A stretch of DNA of 64,000 bases, from positions 105,021 to 169,020 of the forward strand of contig DF237106.1 in NCBI GenBank assembly GCA_000708835.1, written 5' to 3'. The stretch's first letter is position 1. The number at the start of each line of letters is the position of its first letter. Below, in pieces: positions 1-10,785 of this stretch. Made by a program: the position numbers and the translations under genes. This stretch comes from Klebsormidium nitens (taxonomy: Eukaryota; Plantae; Klebsormidiophyceae). Under the pieces are notes generated by a model that worked only from the letters and a program-made list of their open reading frames with translations, did not search any database and was not told the DNA's origin.

Positions 1-1284
1 GACGAAGGCGGAAGGAAGGCTGAGTGTTCGATGTCTCTGGATGTCTGGACGTCATGAGCATTCCGCAGCATTGAGACGGTGCATGAAAGCGAAACAGCTA
101 CTTAGCAAGCGGCTCTCTCGGACATTCGAAGAGCGCGCAATTCGCGCGAAGCGGCGGACAACACCTTGACAGTGTTCGGGTCGGCGCACCTGCTTTGTAC
201 AGATATCAGGAGGTGGAAGGCTTTGTCAAAAGTCTCAGAGGAGCAGTAAGTTCTGAACTTTCGCCAATCAAAAGGGTGCATGCGGCCACGAGAGAGCACT
301 TCTGCAAGTGGGTAAGCAAGCCTTCGAACTCTGCGTTGCTTCTATGAGCAACGCGTGGCCTTGTCGTCCGTTGTTGTTGCCTCGGAAGATGACAAATTGT
401 CAAAGGGTAGAAAGGCAGAGGACTTCGCAGAAGGGACAGAAACGATTGATAGTACCTCAAGGGCGGATGAAGGCTAGGGTTCTCTGCGCTCAGCAACGCA
501 CCTGTTTGCACTATGCCACATCAGCGGTAGACACGTGGTTCACATGAACGGCATGGATGAACTGGTCGTTTTCTCTTTCCTCAAGCATACAAATTTTGAG
601 CGGAGTCTTTAATGGAATTTGTGCTGTGCGCATAAGAGAAAGATTGACTTGCTCAGGCAGCTGTGCTAAGTTCCAAAAGTTTCATTGTTCTGCTTGTCTC
701 AGCGATGCTTCAGATGTTCTTTTCTTCTTCGAAACCACCAAACCGTGGCTTTTAGGATGCAGATGAAGAATGTAGTTTCTAAGACCTTCACGAGTCCCCC
801 ACCTGAACCTGGCAACATAGCTAGCTTCTCAGATTCTGCTCGAGAGGGAACTCTGCTATTGCCCGCTATATATCAATGCCTTCTGTGCACTCACAGGAAA
901 TCCTTTTACCTGCAGATGGTGATGGATCTTGCACGCTGCAAGAAGATGACTTGAAACGAGATAAGAGATTGGAAGCACATCTCGTGCTGACAGGGAGGTG
1001 GCAATCTGCTTAACATAGACACAGTTCACATGGAAAGCTGAAGCTTCTGAAAAGGTCGTGATCGTCCTCCGCGCAATCTGCTCCATCGCTCCTTCAGCAC
1101 AACTCCTCCTGATCCAGTTTGTCACGCCTTTTCAAGGAGAAATGCTGTGACCGCACCAGGCAAGATCTAGCAAAGGCTGCTTCGCTTGTACCATCCTGCA
1201 AGCGGAAGGAGAGACACAAGCCTGGCCAGAAAATTGAAAAGACCTGGCTTTAACTTGATCCATTTGCTCCCTTTCTGATTCTAG

Positions 1285-4200
1285 ATGGCCCATAACTCTG
1301 ATTTAGGGTTGACTGAGGGTTTTCCTGGGTCTCAAGATGGCACTGAAGTCTCTCTTCAGCAACAGGACTGGTATGAGGCTTGGAATGCAGAGCCAGGCTT
1401 TGAGAGCAGAAAAGCTGCACCCGAGATCACACCAGAGCAGGCAAATGGGAATGCGAGGACCTTCTTAGTGACTGAGGAGGGCCAAGTAGAGGGTGCTGAT
1501 AGACATGTCCGTTTGAAAGAGGCAGGACCCGACTTACATCCGCCAGAGGAAGGACTTCGCGCTGACGAGGAAGAAGTGGACGAAAGCGTGCAAGAGGAAG
1601 TGATCAAGGACAAGTACTGGATGCAGGCTCCTCAGGACGAGGTGAGAAGCTGTCTCAACCTCCAAATTGTCTATTGTTATTTATGGCCAGCAGAATAGAT
1701 AAGATTGTCAACAGGCTGCTCGAGAGTTATGAAATAAGGAATCGGGTAGTACATGTTCAACGGAGCTCATTGAGAACATGAGTTGCACAAAGGGGCTCGC
1801 GACTTCTTTCACGCCAAGTTAGCACACATGTGTTCCTCACCTCTCCCAGTGCTAGAAAAGAAGGAATGTTGACTATCCATGGTGACCATTCAATCAACGG
1901 AGTTGCACGCAGTAGACAAAAAACCATAGGTCTTTCTGAGGATAATGCAAATCCTTCAAACGTGCGAGGACAAGAAGTGAGAAAGCGAGTGCATGTTTGT
2001 TGTGTTCAAAATGAGATTGGCCTTTGAACCGGGCTCCACAGGATGATGAGAGCTCTGCTTATCCCTCAAGGCGTGCTTTCTGGACTGGATCAGCGTACTT
2101 TTTCAGCGAGACTGTCCTTCGAACATTCACCAGGTCTTTTCAGGGGGTATAACCATTCGGCTTTTCGTCTCGCTCAGGATTTTGCTTCCTTTCGTATTGC
2201 AGGATGAGAGCGCGCGCGCGCCCACGCCCGTCGACCTCGGCTTCCCGTTCCCTCCGTCCCTTAAGCTCGACCTTGTGCGTATCCTCACCCGCGCCAAAGC
2301 CGCGACCGACCACGCCATGCTCATCAAAACAGGGAGCTTCAGTCACGAAGGCCTTGCTTCTCAGACCGCACCTCTAGAACCTGCTTTGCGGGGCAGTGCC
2401 CCGACCACTGCAGGGCCTCCAGCGCAGAGAAACGGGAGGAAGAAAAGGAACACCAAGAAGGAAAGGGGTCAGAAAATACCAGTTAACGAAACCAAACGGA
2501 AACGGGCAGGGGAAGGAGTCGAGAAGAACGGCCGGAGAGGTCGTCGGTTCCCTGTAGTAACTTGTAAGCCTGGAGTAAAACCCAAAACAATGGTGCTGCC
2601 ACCTGAGATGCCATCAGACCGGGCTTTCCAGAACGGATCGGGTCACTTTGCCACCGTCGATCCGTCCTGGGAGCTCTACAGACGCCAACCAGTTCGCGCC
2701 GAGTTTCCCCGCAGCACACCGGACCTTCCGGTGCTGTCCTTGGGCGGAATGTTGGAAGACGCAGCGGGAGCGGAACGGGCCTACACCGCCTTAGACGACA
2801 TCTTCAAGGAAGCAGAGCTGCGAGAGCTTGTCGAGCAGGTGACCGGAGGAGGGAACCGGGGACAAGGGAGACCGAGGGGTTTGTCTGAGGGGTTTGGAGT
2901 CTCGCGCGAGGGGTTTGGTGTCTCGCGTGGGTCCTTTTCGGCGGAGATACGGGCCGCGCAAGCAGGCGAAGGATTCACGGAGGAGTTTCCTTCAAGCGAG
3001 ACGCCGGGTTCGGGAGAAGACACTGTGGAAAACGTTGCCGCGGGCGCGCTAGAAATGGCACCGCGCGCGGTTCGCGACTTCGTTACTCAGGTAACAATCG
3101 ACTCCGGGCAACAGATTGTGAGGCCAACCCTTCAGGATGTACTTTCTTCGTGTCCTTTCTCCTCTGCTATTAAGGAGGTGCTTTACAGCTTCGGATACGT
3201 ATTGACGGGACTGAATCTATCTTCACCTGAGTGCGATTGCTTTATCTTCGTGCGCAATAGACAGTTATGGAGTCGTCGACCGCACTTCTTGCAAGCATTC
3301 CCCGATTATATGCATCTGTACGGGTTTCTGAAACCTCTGGAGGATGAAGCCATCGAACACTTAGAAGGGCTCGAAGCGGCCAGATGGAGACTGAACATGT
3401 CTACCTTCACAAACAGCCGCCATAAAACGGCCCCTGTTTTTTATGTTCGCATCGTTGAACTTCTGAGTGTGCTGTGGCCGCCTGAGAGCAAGCGTCTTGA
3501 TGTTTCTTACTTGCAGGCCCTGTATGGACAGCACAGTCAGCCCGAGGAAGAAGACCTTGATGCCACACCTTCTACGGTAAGTCAACCAGTTGCCACGAGA
3601 CGTTTTGGTAAGCTTTTGTTCCCAATATTCTTCTGGTACATTCCTCTTGTGCATATGCATCGTCTTCAATGCTTCTCTGAAGCTTCTCTGCCGTTTGAGT
3701 GCCGCTTCTCTGCGCTCCGCCGACGATTCAAGAAGCTAAAAGTCATTCCACTGGCAGTATATTACGCTTATCTGAACGCTGACCTGAAAAGTAGGAGAGT
3801 GCAAGTGAAGCCGCTCGAATTTATTCTTCTGTTTCGTGTCTCATCAGCGGCCGGTACTCGAAGGAGCACCGTCGGCAGCCGAAGCTCCCCAAGGAGCCCC
3901 AGTACACTTTCCCCCGAAGAGCTCTCCTCGGCAACCAATAGCCACATCCGAAGCTGCTGATGCGTCGCCCAGAACCGCAGTCGCACCTCAGAGGCCCACC
4001 TCTGAGCGCGCGCATCGGGGCGCGGGGATAGATGGCGGCGCAGAGTCAATGGATCCGGTTCAGGAGATGCACCTACGTATGCCACGTGACTTCTTGTCAC
4101 TGGCTAACGATGTCTACGCGATGGAGAGGAGGGGCTCATCCACCTTCCCTAGCACGCGCCTCGCGCGCGCGCCACAACACGCCCTCATAACCCCACAGCC

Positions 4201-7200
4201 CGTCCACTTCTCAGAGTGGTTCCCAGAAAACCCGCAGCCATTTCGCCCCGAGCACTACCAAAACCTTCAAACCCCACGGGCGGCCTTCCAGCCGCCGCGG
4301 CAGAAGCTTCAGCCGCGTCGGGCGGCGAATCGCCAAGCCCCAAACCTTTACGAAGAAGCGCCCAACTTCATCCGCAGACAGGCGAGAGCGGGCCCAGATG
4401 CGGACGACGGCTTTGAGAACCAGTTCGGCGCGTCCGTTGCGTACGCGCAAGAAGAAGACCGGTTCTACGGTCAAGAAGCAATCGTCGCAGCGGCGCGCGC
4501 GCGCGCCCTCGAACGGCACGCTCGCAATTGGGCCCTGTGGTACGATCCCGAAACAGACCGTCCAACGGGCCGCCAGAACGGATCTCGAACGAGCCCGGCA
4601 GGGAGGACCGCGGCGACGGAATGGGACGCGCGCGGGGGCGGACAGTCGCCGGGAGTGAGGGGGCCGCGCGCCTCTAGACCTGGCAGTCGCGGTATTTTTG
4701 CAGAGGACGATGTGCACATGAACGACAGGCTGCAGGAGGAGCAGTTTCGGGCAGCCGAGACAAATCAAAGTAAGTTTACTGCAAATTTAACCAAAGCACA
4801 TTTCAGAAAGCGGGCAGAAGTAGTGGAGGGCGTAAATTGTTTTCCTTTGACTTCCATAGAGCAAGAAATGGAGAGCTATACATCTGACTGATTGTGGGCG
4901 TTCGAAGGAGCTAGCTAGCTCGCTTGGTTCTTTTAGAGATATGCAGATTTCACGTGCCCTTTTGTGCACATTCCTCCGCATTAGTTCCCTTTTCCCTGCA
5001 CCTGATTTATGTTATGGTCGAGTGGTGTGGCGGTTCTTTAATGTTTACTAAGAGCCTTCCGGCGCAAGGTAAAGGGCGATCTTTGCTATCGAACCGACAA
5101 GTTTCCATAGTTCCAACCTTATTACCTCAACGTCTCACGAGCGGCCAGAACTAGACTTCTCTTTATTCTCAGTGTTTTATCGATTCGAGAGAATGATACT
5201 CGACTTCAACACGCTCTCGGCGAGTTGTTTACCTACCAGCAATTCTGTTAGGAGTCCCTCATCCTGTGCAGGGTGTCCCGTCGAGCGTTTTTCCGACCCT
5301 GCCTACGTCAGCAGAACAGCGACCACCGCGGAAGCGCTCCTCGGGCTCAGCCTCGACCTCCTCACGGAAGAAGGGCGGCCGCACGCGGCCGCGGCCGCGC
5401 TTAGCTTCGACCCCTACCAAACCCCGGGAAGTTACCCAAACTCAGGCGGCGCGGGAGGGGCGCAGGGGTTTGGAGGAGAGAGTCGGGGTTTGGAGGTTTG
5501 GCAAACGCGGCATGGGCTCGCGCCCGCATTCCAGTCCTTAGGCGGCGCGGCCGCGGACCGCGGCCTAGGGCGGCTTGAGATCGCGTTTTCGGAAGAGGCA
5601 AACGAGCGCGCGCGCGCTGTGCCGTGGTACCCGGGCGCCGCCGGCGAAGCGCTCGGCGGTCGGCCACGCGAGGAAGGCATGGTCCGCAGGGTGCAGAGAG
5701 TGGTCACACCGGTCCCAAACCCATTCCCACCACGGCAGGGGCCAATCAGGCCCACACCGAGCGTATTCACACCCGGTCGAGGCAACCAAACCCGCCCCCT
5801 TTCTCCGGAGTCCGAGTGGAGCCGAGGCGCCTTTCCATTGGATCTTCAGGGCGCATTAGCGGCCGCGGCCAGGTGGCTGCCCGAGGGCGCATTCCCACCG
5901 GAGCGCTTGGGAGGGACCTGGACTTCCACGCCGACGGTGTTAACACCCGCGGAAAGCTGGGCCGGGGGTTGGCTTAATCAGGAGGAGAGCGCATTCTCAC
6001 CGGTCGTGAGCCAAGAGGGCAGCCACGAGTACGTGGGCTGGGGCCCTGGCCAACCGTGGGATGCCACGTGGCAAGCGCAGGTTAACGAGGGCCCCGTTTC
6101 GGAGGAAGACGAGCCGTTGATTTTGCGGTGCCGCTCGACTGATACTGGATCGAAGCGGAAGCGGGACGCGCCTGCACATGAGAGGAGGACACGTGGCCGG
6201 CAGGGGAGCACGGGGGCATCCAAGCGGCGCGAAAGTAAAGAGAGAGATAAGCAGCAGGTTGAATGCGGGCACAATCAGCAAGAAGCAAGCAAGGGGGCGA
6301 AGAAAAAGCGGGAAAGAAAGGGGGGGGGCAGACAAGCAGTATCGTCGAAGAGGGGACGAACGGGCGCAGAATTTGGAAGCGCCGACGAGCCGCCGCTCGC
6401 GGACGGCGGCGCGCGCGACACAGAGAGCGCGCAGGGTTTGGAGGCTTTGCTCCAGTCAGAGGGGCCGTCCTTTCTTCCGCCGGACTTTCTGACAGACTTG
6501 GACGGCCTGGATGCAAATCTGGAGGTGAGACTGGGGCGAGTGATAATGGCGACTCCGGAAGTCGGATTGAATCTGCCCGTTGAAGAGGGGCGGCCGGAGA
6601 ATGCGAGAGCGGCGGGGGGTGTGAAAAGGCGCAAGGCACCGAGGGGAGAACATTCGGCGCAGGATACAAGGGGGTCCAGTCGGCAGAGAGAAACTAGGGG
6701 CGGGGATGGGAGGGCATTGGCGCCGGTAAGCTGTTTGCTTTGAAATCTTTGCTCTGCTCGTACTTCCACAACGATGAAAACAAATGATGCGCTTTGCTCA
6801 TAGTTCCCGATTGTAGCAACTTTGTACGTCGGCATAGCATTGGGTTGAAACTCTTCAATGCAAATGCTCTCGCACATCGGTGAAAGCCCGACCGCGCATA
6901 CATGGCGCCCATTCCTTCTTCTCAAACCCGGAAACTTGAGTACCGCTTGATTAAGATTGGCTCACGATGGCACTTTTGCGGCTTTGAATCATTCCCAAGT
7001 GTCTGAATTCCGGTGCTGCATTTCAAAGAGGACCGACTGGCCCTCCGTCGGTTTCTTGTTGTGGTGCTACGAGAGGAATTTTGCGGGCATAGCTTTAATT
7101 GCTATCTCATGGCAACATACCACATAGGCACTACACACCCAGACGTGCGGATCGTCTCTCTGGTTGTCAGTTCGACACCGGGACCCACGGAGCAATGAGC

Positions 7201-9259
7201 CATGCTTCAGATCTTATTGTAATAGATGATAAAGCGGTGAATAGCCTTGTCGCTACTTGTTTTAGAAGGATACATTCTTTCAGATCCTCTACCGCTTCGG
7301 CCAATGGTCGAAAAGGTCAACGGCCCAAATATCGCCACGTGTCCTTGTTGCAGGGGGTCTTAGCCGTACTGAACGCTTGGTTCCACGATCACTTCAAGAA
7401 CCCGTACCCCACCGACGAGGAGAAAGCAGAGCTGGCCGCGCAATGCAACCTCCAGGTCAAACAGGTGAGCACTGGTTGCTGACGGAAGCAGCTGACATAA
7501 GGAAGCGCCAACCAATCTCTATTCTTGAGAAGTTTGGCTGCCGCGCAAGTTCGAGGACCGCACCTTCTGAACCGAAGAAGAGCAGCTACAGCAAACCGCC
7601 TGCGCATGTTCAGGCAGTTGCGCGTTCGCAAAATGTCTCGCAACAAAGCGTCACCATCTCCGCTGTCTCTGCTTCCGGAGGGGTAGGGGAGTTGTTATGC
7701 GGACCTGTAAGGAAGAGTCTACCCTTGTTGCAGATCAACAACTGGTTCGGCAACAAGCGGATGCGCCTCAAGCGCACCATCATGCAGACGCTCGAGACGC
7801 GAGTCCCCCCCGGCGCTTCCGTTTCCGCGGCGGAACACCGTTCCGGCGCGCCCCCAACCCTGCCCCGTCCGACCCCACTGCCGACCCCGACCCCGGAACG
7901 CGGTGCGCAAAGTCCGCCGGCGGAAGCGCTAGAGCTTTCTCGCGTCAGAAGGGGAAGCGGGTCGCGGTCTTCTGGGAAGCGGACGAGGTGGGACGGCGAC
8001 CGAAGTCCCATTAGACATGCGCTTCGGTCGCCGGAAAGCGGAGGTGATCCCGCGGCGTACAGCATGTTTGAGGCGCTGCTCGAGTCGGTACGGCTAGGGG
8101 ATCTCGCGCAGGGGCGCCCGCAGGAGGCGCCGGAGGCGGTAGAGGGGCTGCACGACCCAACTGAGGCGCGGACCCCGACCGGTGACGAAGAACACTGGGC
8201 AGCAGCGGAGCGTTCTGGTCATGTTTCGGGTGTTTTCCGGCGGAATCTGACAGCGGAAGCAGTGGCCATGAGAGACGCCGAGACGGAAACGGCGTGGGGT
8301 GGCTTCTCAGAAGCGGTTCCGGCGCTAGAGGAAGAAATGGAGACGGAAGCGGAACGGCGGGCTGAGGCGGACGGTGCGGTCGAGGTTCCGCCGCTGGACT
8401 GTCAGGACGGAGTTCCGTCTCAGGAGCGGAACGAAACGCTGCAGCGGATGCAGTCTCAGAAGGAGGCGATGGAGCGAGCATACGAAAGCTGCTTTGGGGC
8501 CGCATCTGGCGGCTTGGAAGTTTCTGTGGTTGACGCTCCAACGTCCGAAGGTAAGGCGGAGAGACTGTAAGATGAGCGAGGCAACTTTGATCCAATGGCA
8601 ATGCAGTTGCAATGAGCGTATGTTGTCATTATTGTGGCACAAGAGTTCACGACAGCCAGTAATAACGTTGTAAGAGACAATCTCTGCTACTGAAGAGCAG
8701 CACATCTATTTGGACGAGAAGGTTTTCAAAGCATCTTTTGTGACCAAGTCAGCGGACGTTTGCTAAACACGACGGCCGCGACGCAATGCGAGCGAATCCG
8801 TGTTCGAGGAAACTCACACACGTCGGGTCGGAGGATTTTCCAGAAGCAACCCGGGAGCTAACCCAAGAAATACGTCGAAACTCTGCAGCACCTGGGGCTT
8901 CCGCCGCTCCGCCTCCGCAATGTGATCCTCCGCTCGCCGCGGAAACGGACACGCAAGAAGACCGTAACGAAGAGGCGGGCCCACAACATTCCACGAGCCC
9001 GGAACCTGGTGACACGTGGCACGAGGCCCCGCCAGGCGACGCCAGAGTTGCTGAGCCGGAAAGCGGCGCTGAGCCGAGGACACCAGAAGGCAGCGCGGGC
9101 TGTCCGCCAGAGGCGGAAGGAGCTATGGTGTCAAGAGAATCCCCGCAGACAACGAGAAGTGCTCAAACCCCAGAAGAGCAGGGCATTACTGAAGCGAACG
9201 TGGCAACGCCTGCAGCGGAGAGAACGGTTTTCGAGTCCCTAGAGTCCTTCTTCCAGTAG
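1285..9259 (+). CDS. Very large TALE-class homeodomain transcription factor (~1,730 aa, PBX/GLX-like). Proposed exons: 1285-1641, 2203-3090, 3265-3444, 3517-3576, 3848-4769, 5272-6725, 7354-7464, 7734-8550, 8844-9259
   Basis: The spliced homeodomain reads GRALAP|GVLAVLNAWFHDHFKNPYPTDEEKAELAAQCNLQVKQ|INNWFGNKRMRLKR, with the TALE PYP loop and a WFxN helix 3. All eight junctions are GT-AG and intron phases match (0,0,0,0,1,0,0,1), joining the long + ORFs into one frame. An AG lies directly before ATG 1285, so further upstream exons are possible. The homeodomain is secure; the small 5' exons are less so. Confidence 0.8.
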
Positions 9260-10785
9260 AAGGGCGGTGTCTTAGAGTTTTGCTTGGCATTCAGACAGAC
9301 GTAGAGAAGGTGATTCCTGTAGGAGAAGGATGTTCTGTGTAACGCTAGTGTGATTCTGGAGCAAAGATTGGACTGATCTTAGAGCACTACCAGCAGGCTC
9401 AATTTCAAGTTGCGGTCTTAGGCTGACCGGAGGACAATCAGAAATTAGTCACGTGCACCAGGCAGCGCGAGCGGCGCAGACACGGCAGCACACGCCAGTG
9501 ATTGAATGTAGGGCTCGTAGGTCAGCGTGCTAGGGCTTTCGGGCTTTGGGGCTTTCGGGTATGCAAACCACTGACAGTAAATCAGTCTGGTGGAACTACT
9601 GTACGTACTTGTATGCTTGCGTTGCCAGCGCGCAGCAGCGGCGGATGCGTCCATGTGCCCAGCGTAAAGTAAAACATGCGCCGACTCTTTTGATAGCGCA
9701 GGGGGCGCTAACGTGCATTAAATGACTCAAGATGCTCAATCTGCATCAATCATGTATTAGTATCTGTATCATAAAGTTGCACCGGGCATATATTTCTGTA
9801 TCGTGCAGGCTTGTCGTCGCTGCCTCCGGCCGCGCGGCTGCTGACTCCGGATGTACGTGAGCATTTGGTGAATTTTGAATGCAGACGCGCTCAGCTTCGA
9901 TCGTTGATCGTATTCTTGAATACGGCAGCGGAACTTAATGCGAACCGTCTTAAGCACGTGGCATAAATGTGCATGTGTGGGATATCAGCATATATGCCAT
10001 AATGCGCAGGACTCTGATCGATGACTCGGCTGGCCGCAAATCTACGGCCGGTCTGCAATGTAGTCAATGGGTTCGGCTGTAAGGTACGACGTACACATGC
10101 TGCTCAAGATTTACACCATATAGGCGCGCCTGGCCCGTCCTTTGGCGAATTCGTGCAAAGTCATTTGATTTGTGAGTACGTTCCTTGCGTCCGACATTAA
10201 ACGTCGTGGTATGTTGCTAACTCCTCCGCACAGCCGGCGCATGGGGCCATACGGCTGCGACAGTGCCACATGATTATGAATGGCTCTTTTCAATACAAGC
10301 GCCGATCAATCGGACTCTACATGCTATCCATTCGAAAAGCAGCCTCAGTTCGTATCCAGCCAGAGCCTCTCGAGGATCGGAGGCTGGTCGGTCAATCGCG
10401 CTGGCCGCGGGCGACCTGGCCCAGCCGCCGCCAAGGTTTCAAGTCTACATTCAATAAATTACGAACTTCCATGATAGTGTGATCTCCTCGTAAGCTAGTG
10501 GCCACCGGCTTGCAACATTCGTACATATGCAAACAAGCCACAATCAGCAATCTGAGACACGGCAATGTTGACCCATCCAATTGACCCTGTGCTTCGACTC
10601 AGTGAATCTGCAGTAGCTAGCGGTGAACCTTGAGCGGTAGACCTTCAAATTTAGCCATGCGCAGAAAGCTCGGATGAGCACAGCGCCCTTTCCAAAATGA
10701 CGCTACCTACCTTGGACAAATAGGTTCAACATTGCCCGATCGCTACAGAGGCTGCTGCAGACAGTCTCCCCTTGGAACAAAAAGT

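Noticed and set aside
876-998. Possible extra 5' exon of the homeobox gene (MPSVHSQEILLPADGDG...LTGR)
   Set aside because: It ends in phase 2 and cannot join the phase-0 exon at 1285 without an unseen exon.
7339-7353. A 15-nt GT-AG micro-intron (gtgtccttgttgcag) whose removal would give a homeodomain N-arm RPKYRH-GVLAVL
   Set aside because: It is far below plausible intron size for this lineage. Splicing 6725 to 7354 already gives a BELL-like arm (GRALAP) in the correct phase.
3768-8705. Many long antisense and alternative-frame ORFs overlapping the homeobox gene, and similar ones over the Ig-domain and PAM2 exons
   Set aside because: These are expected shadows of GC-rich, low-complexity coding sequence. 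They have no independent motifs or splice support.
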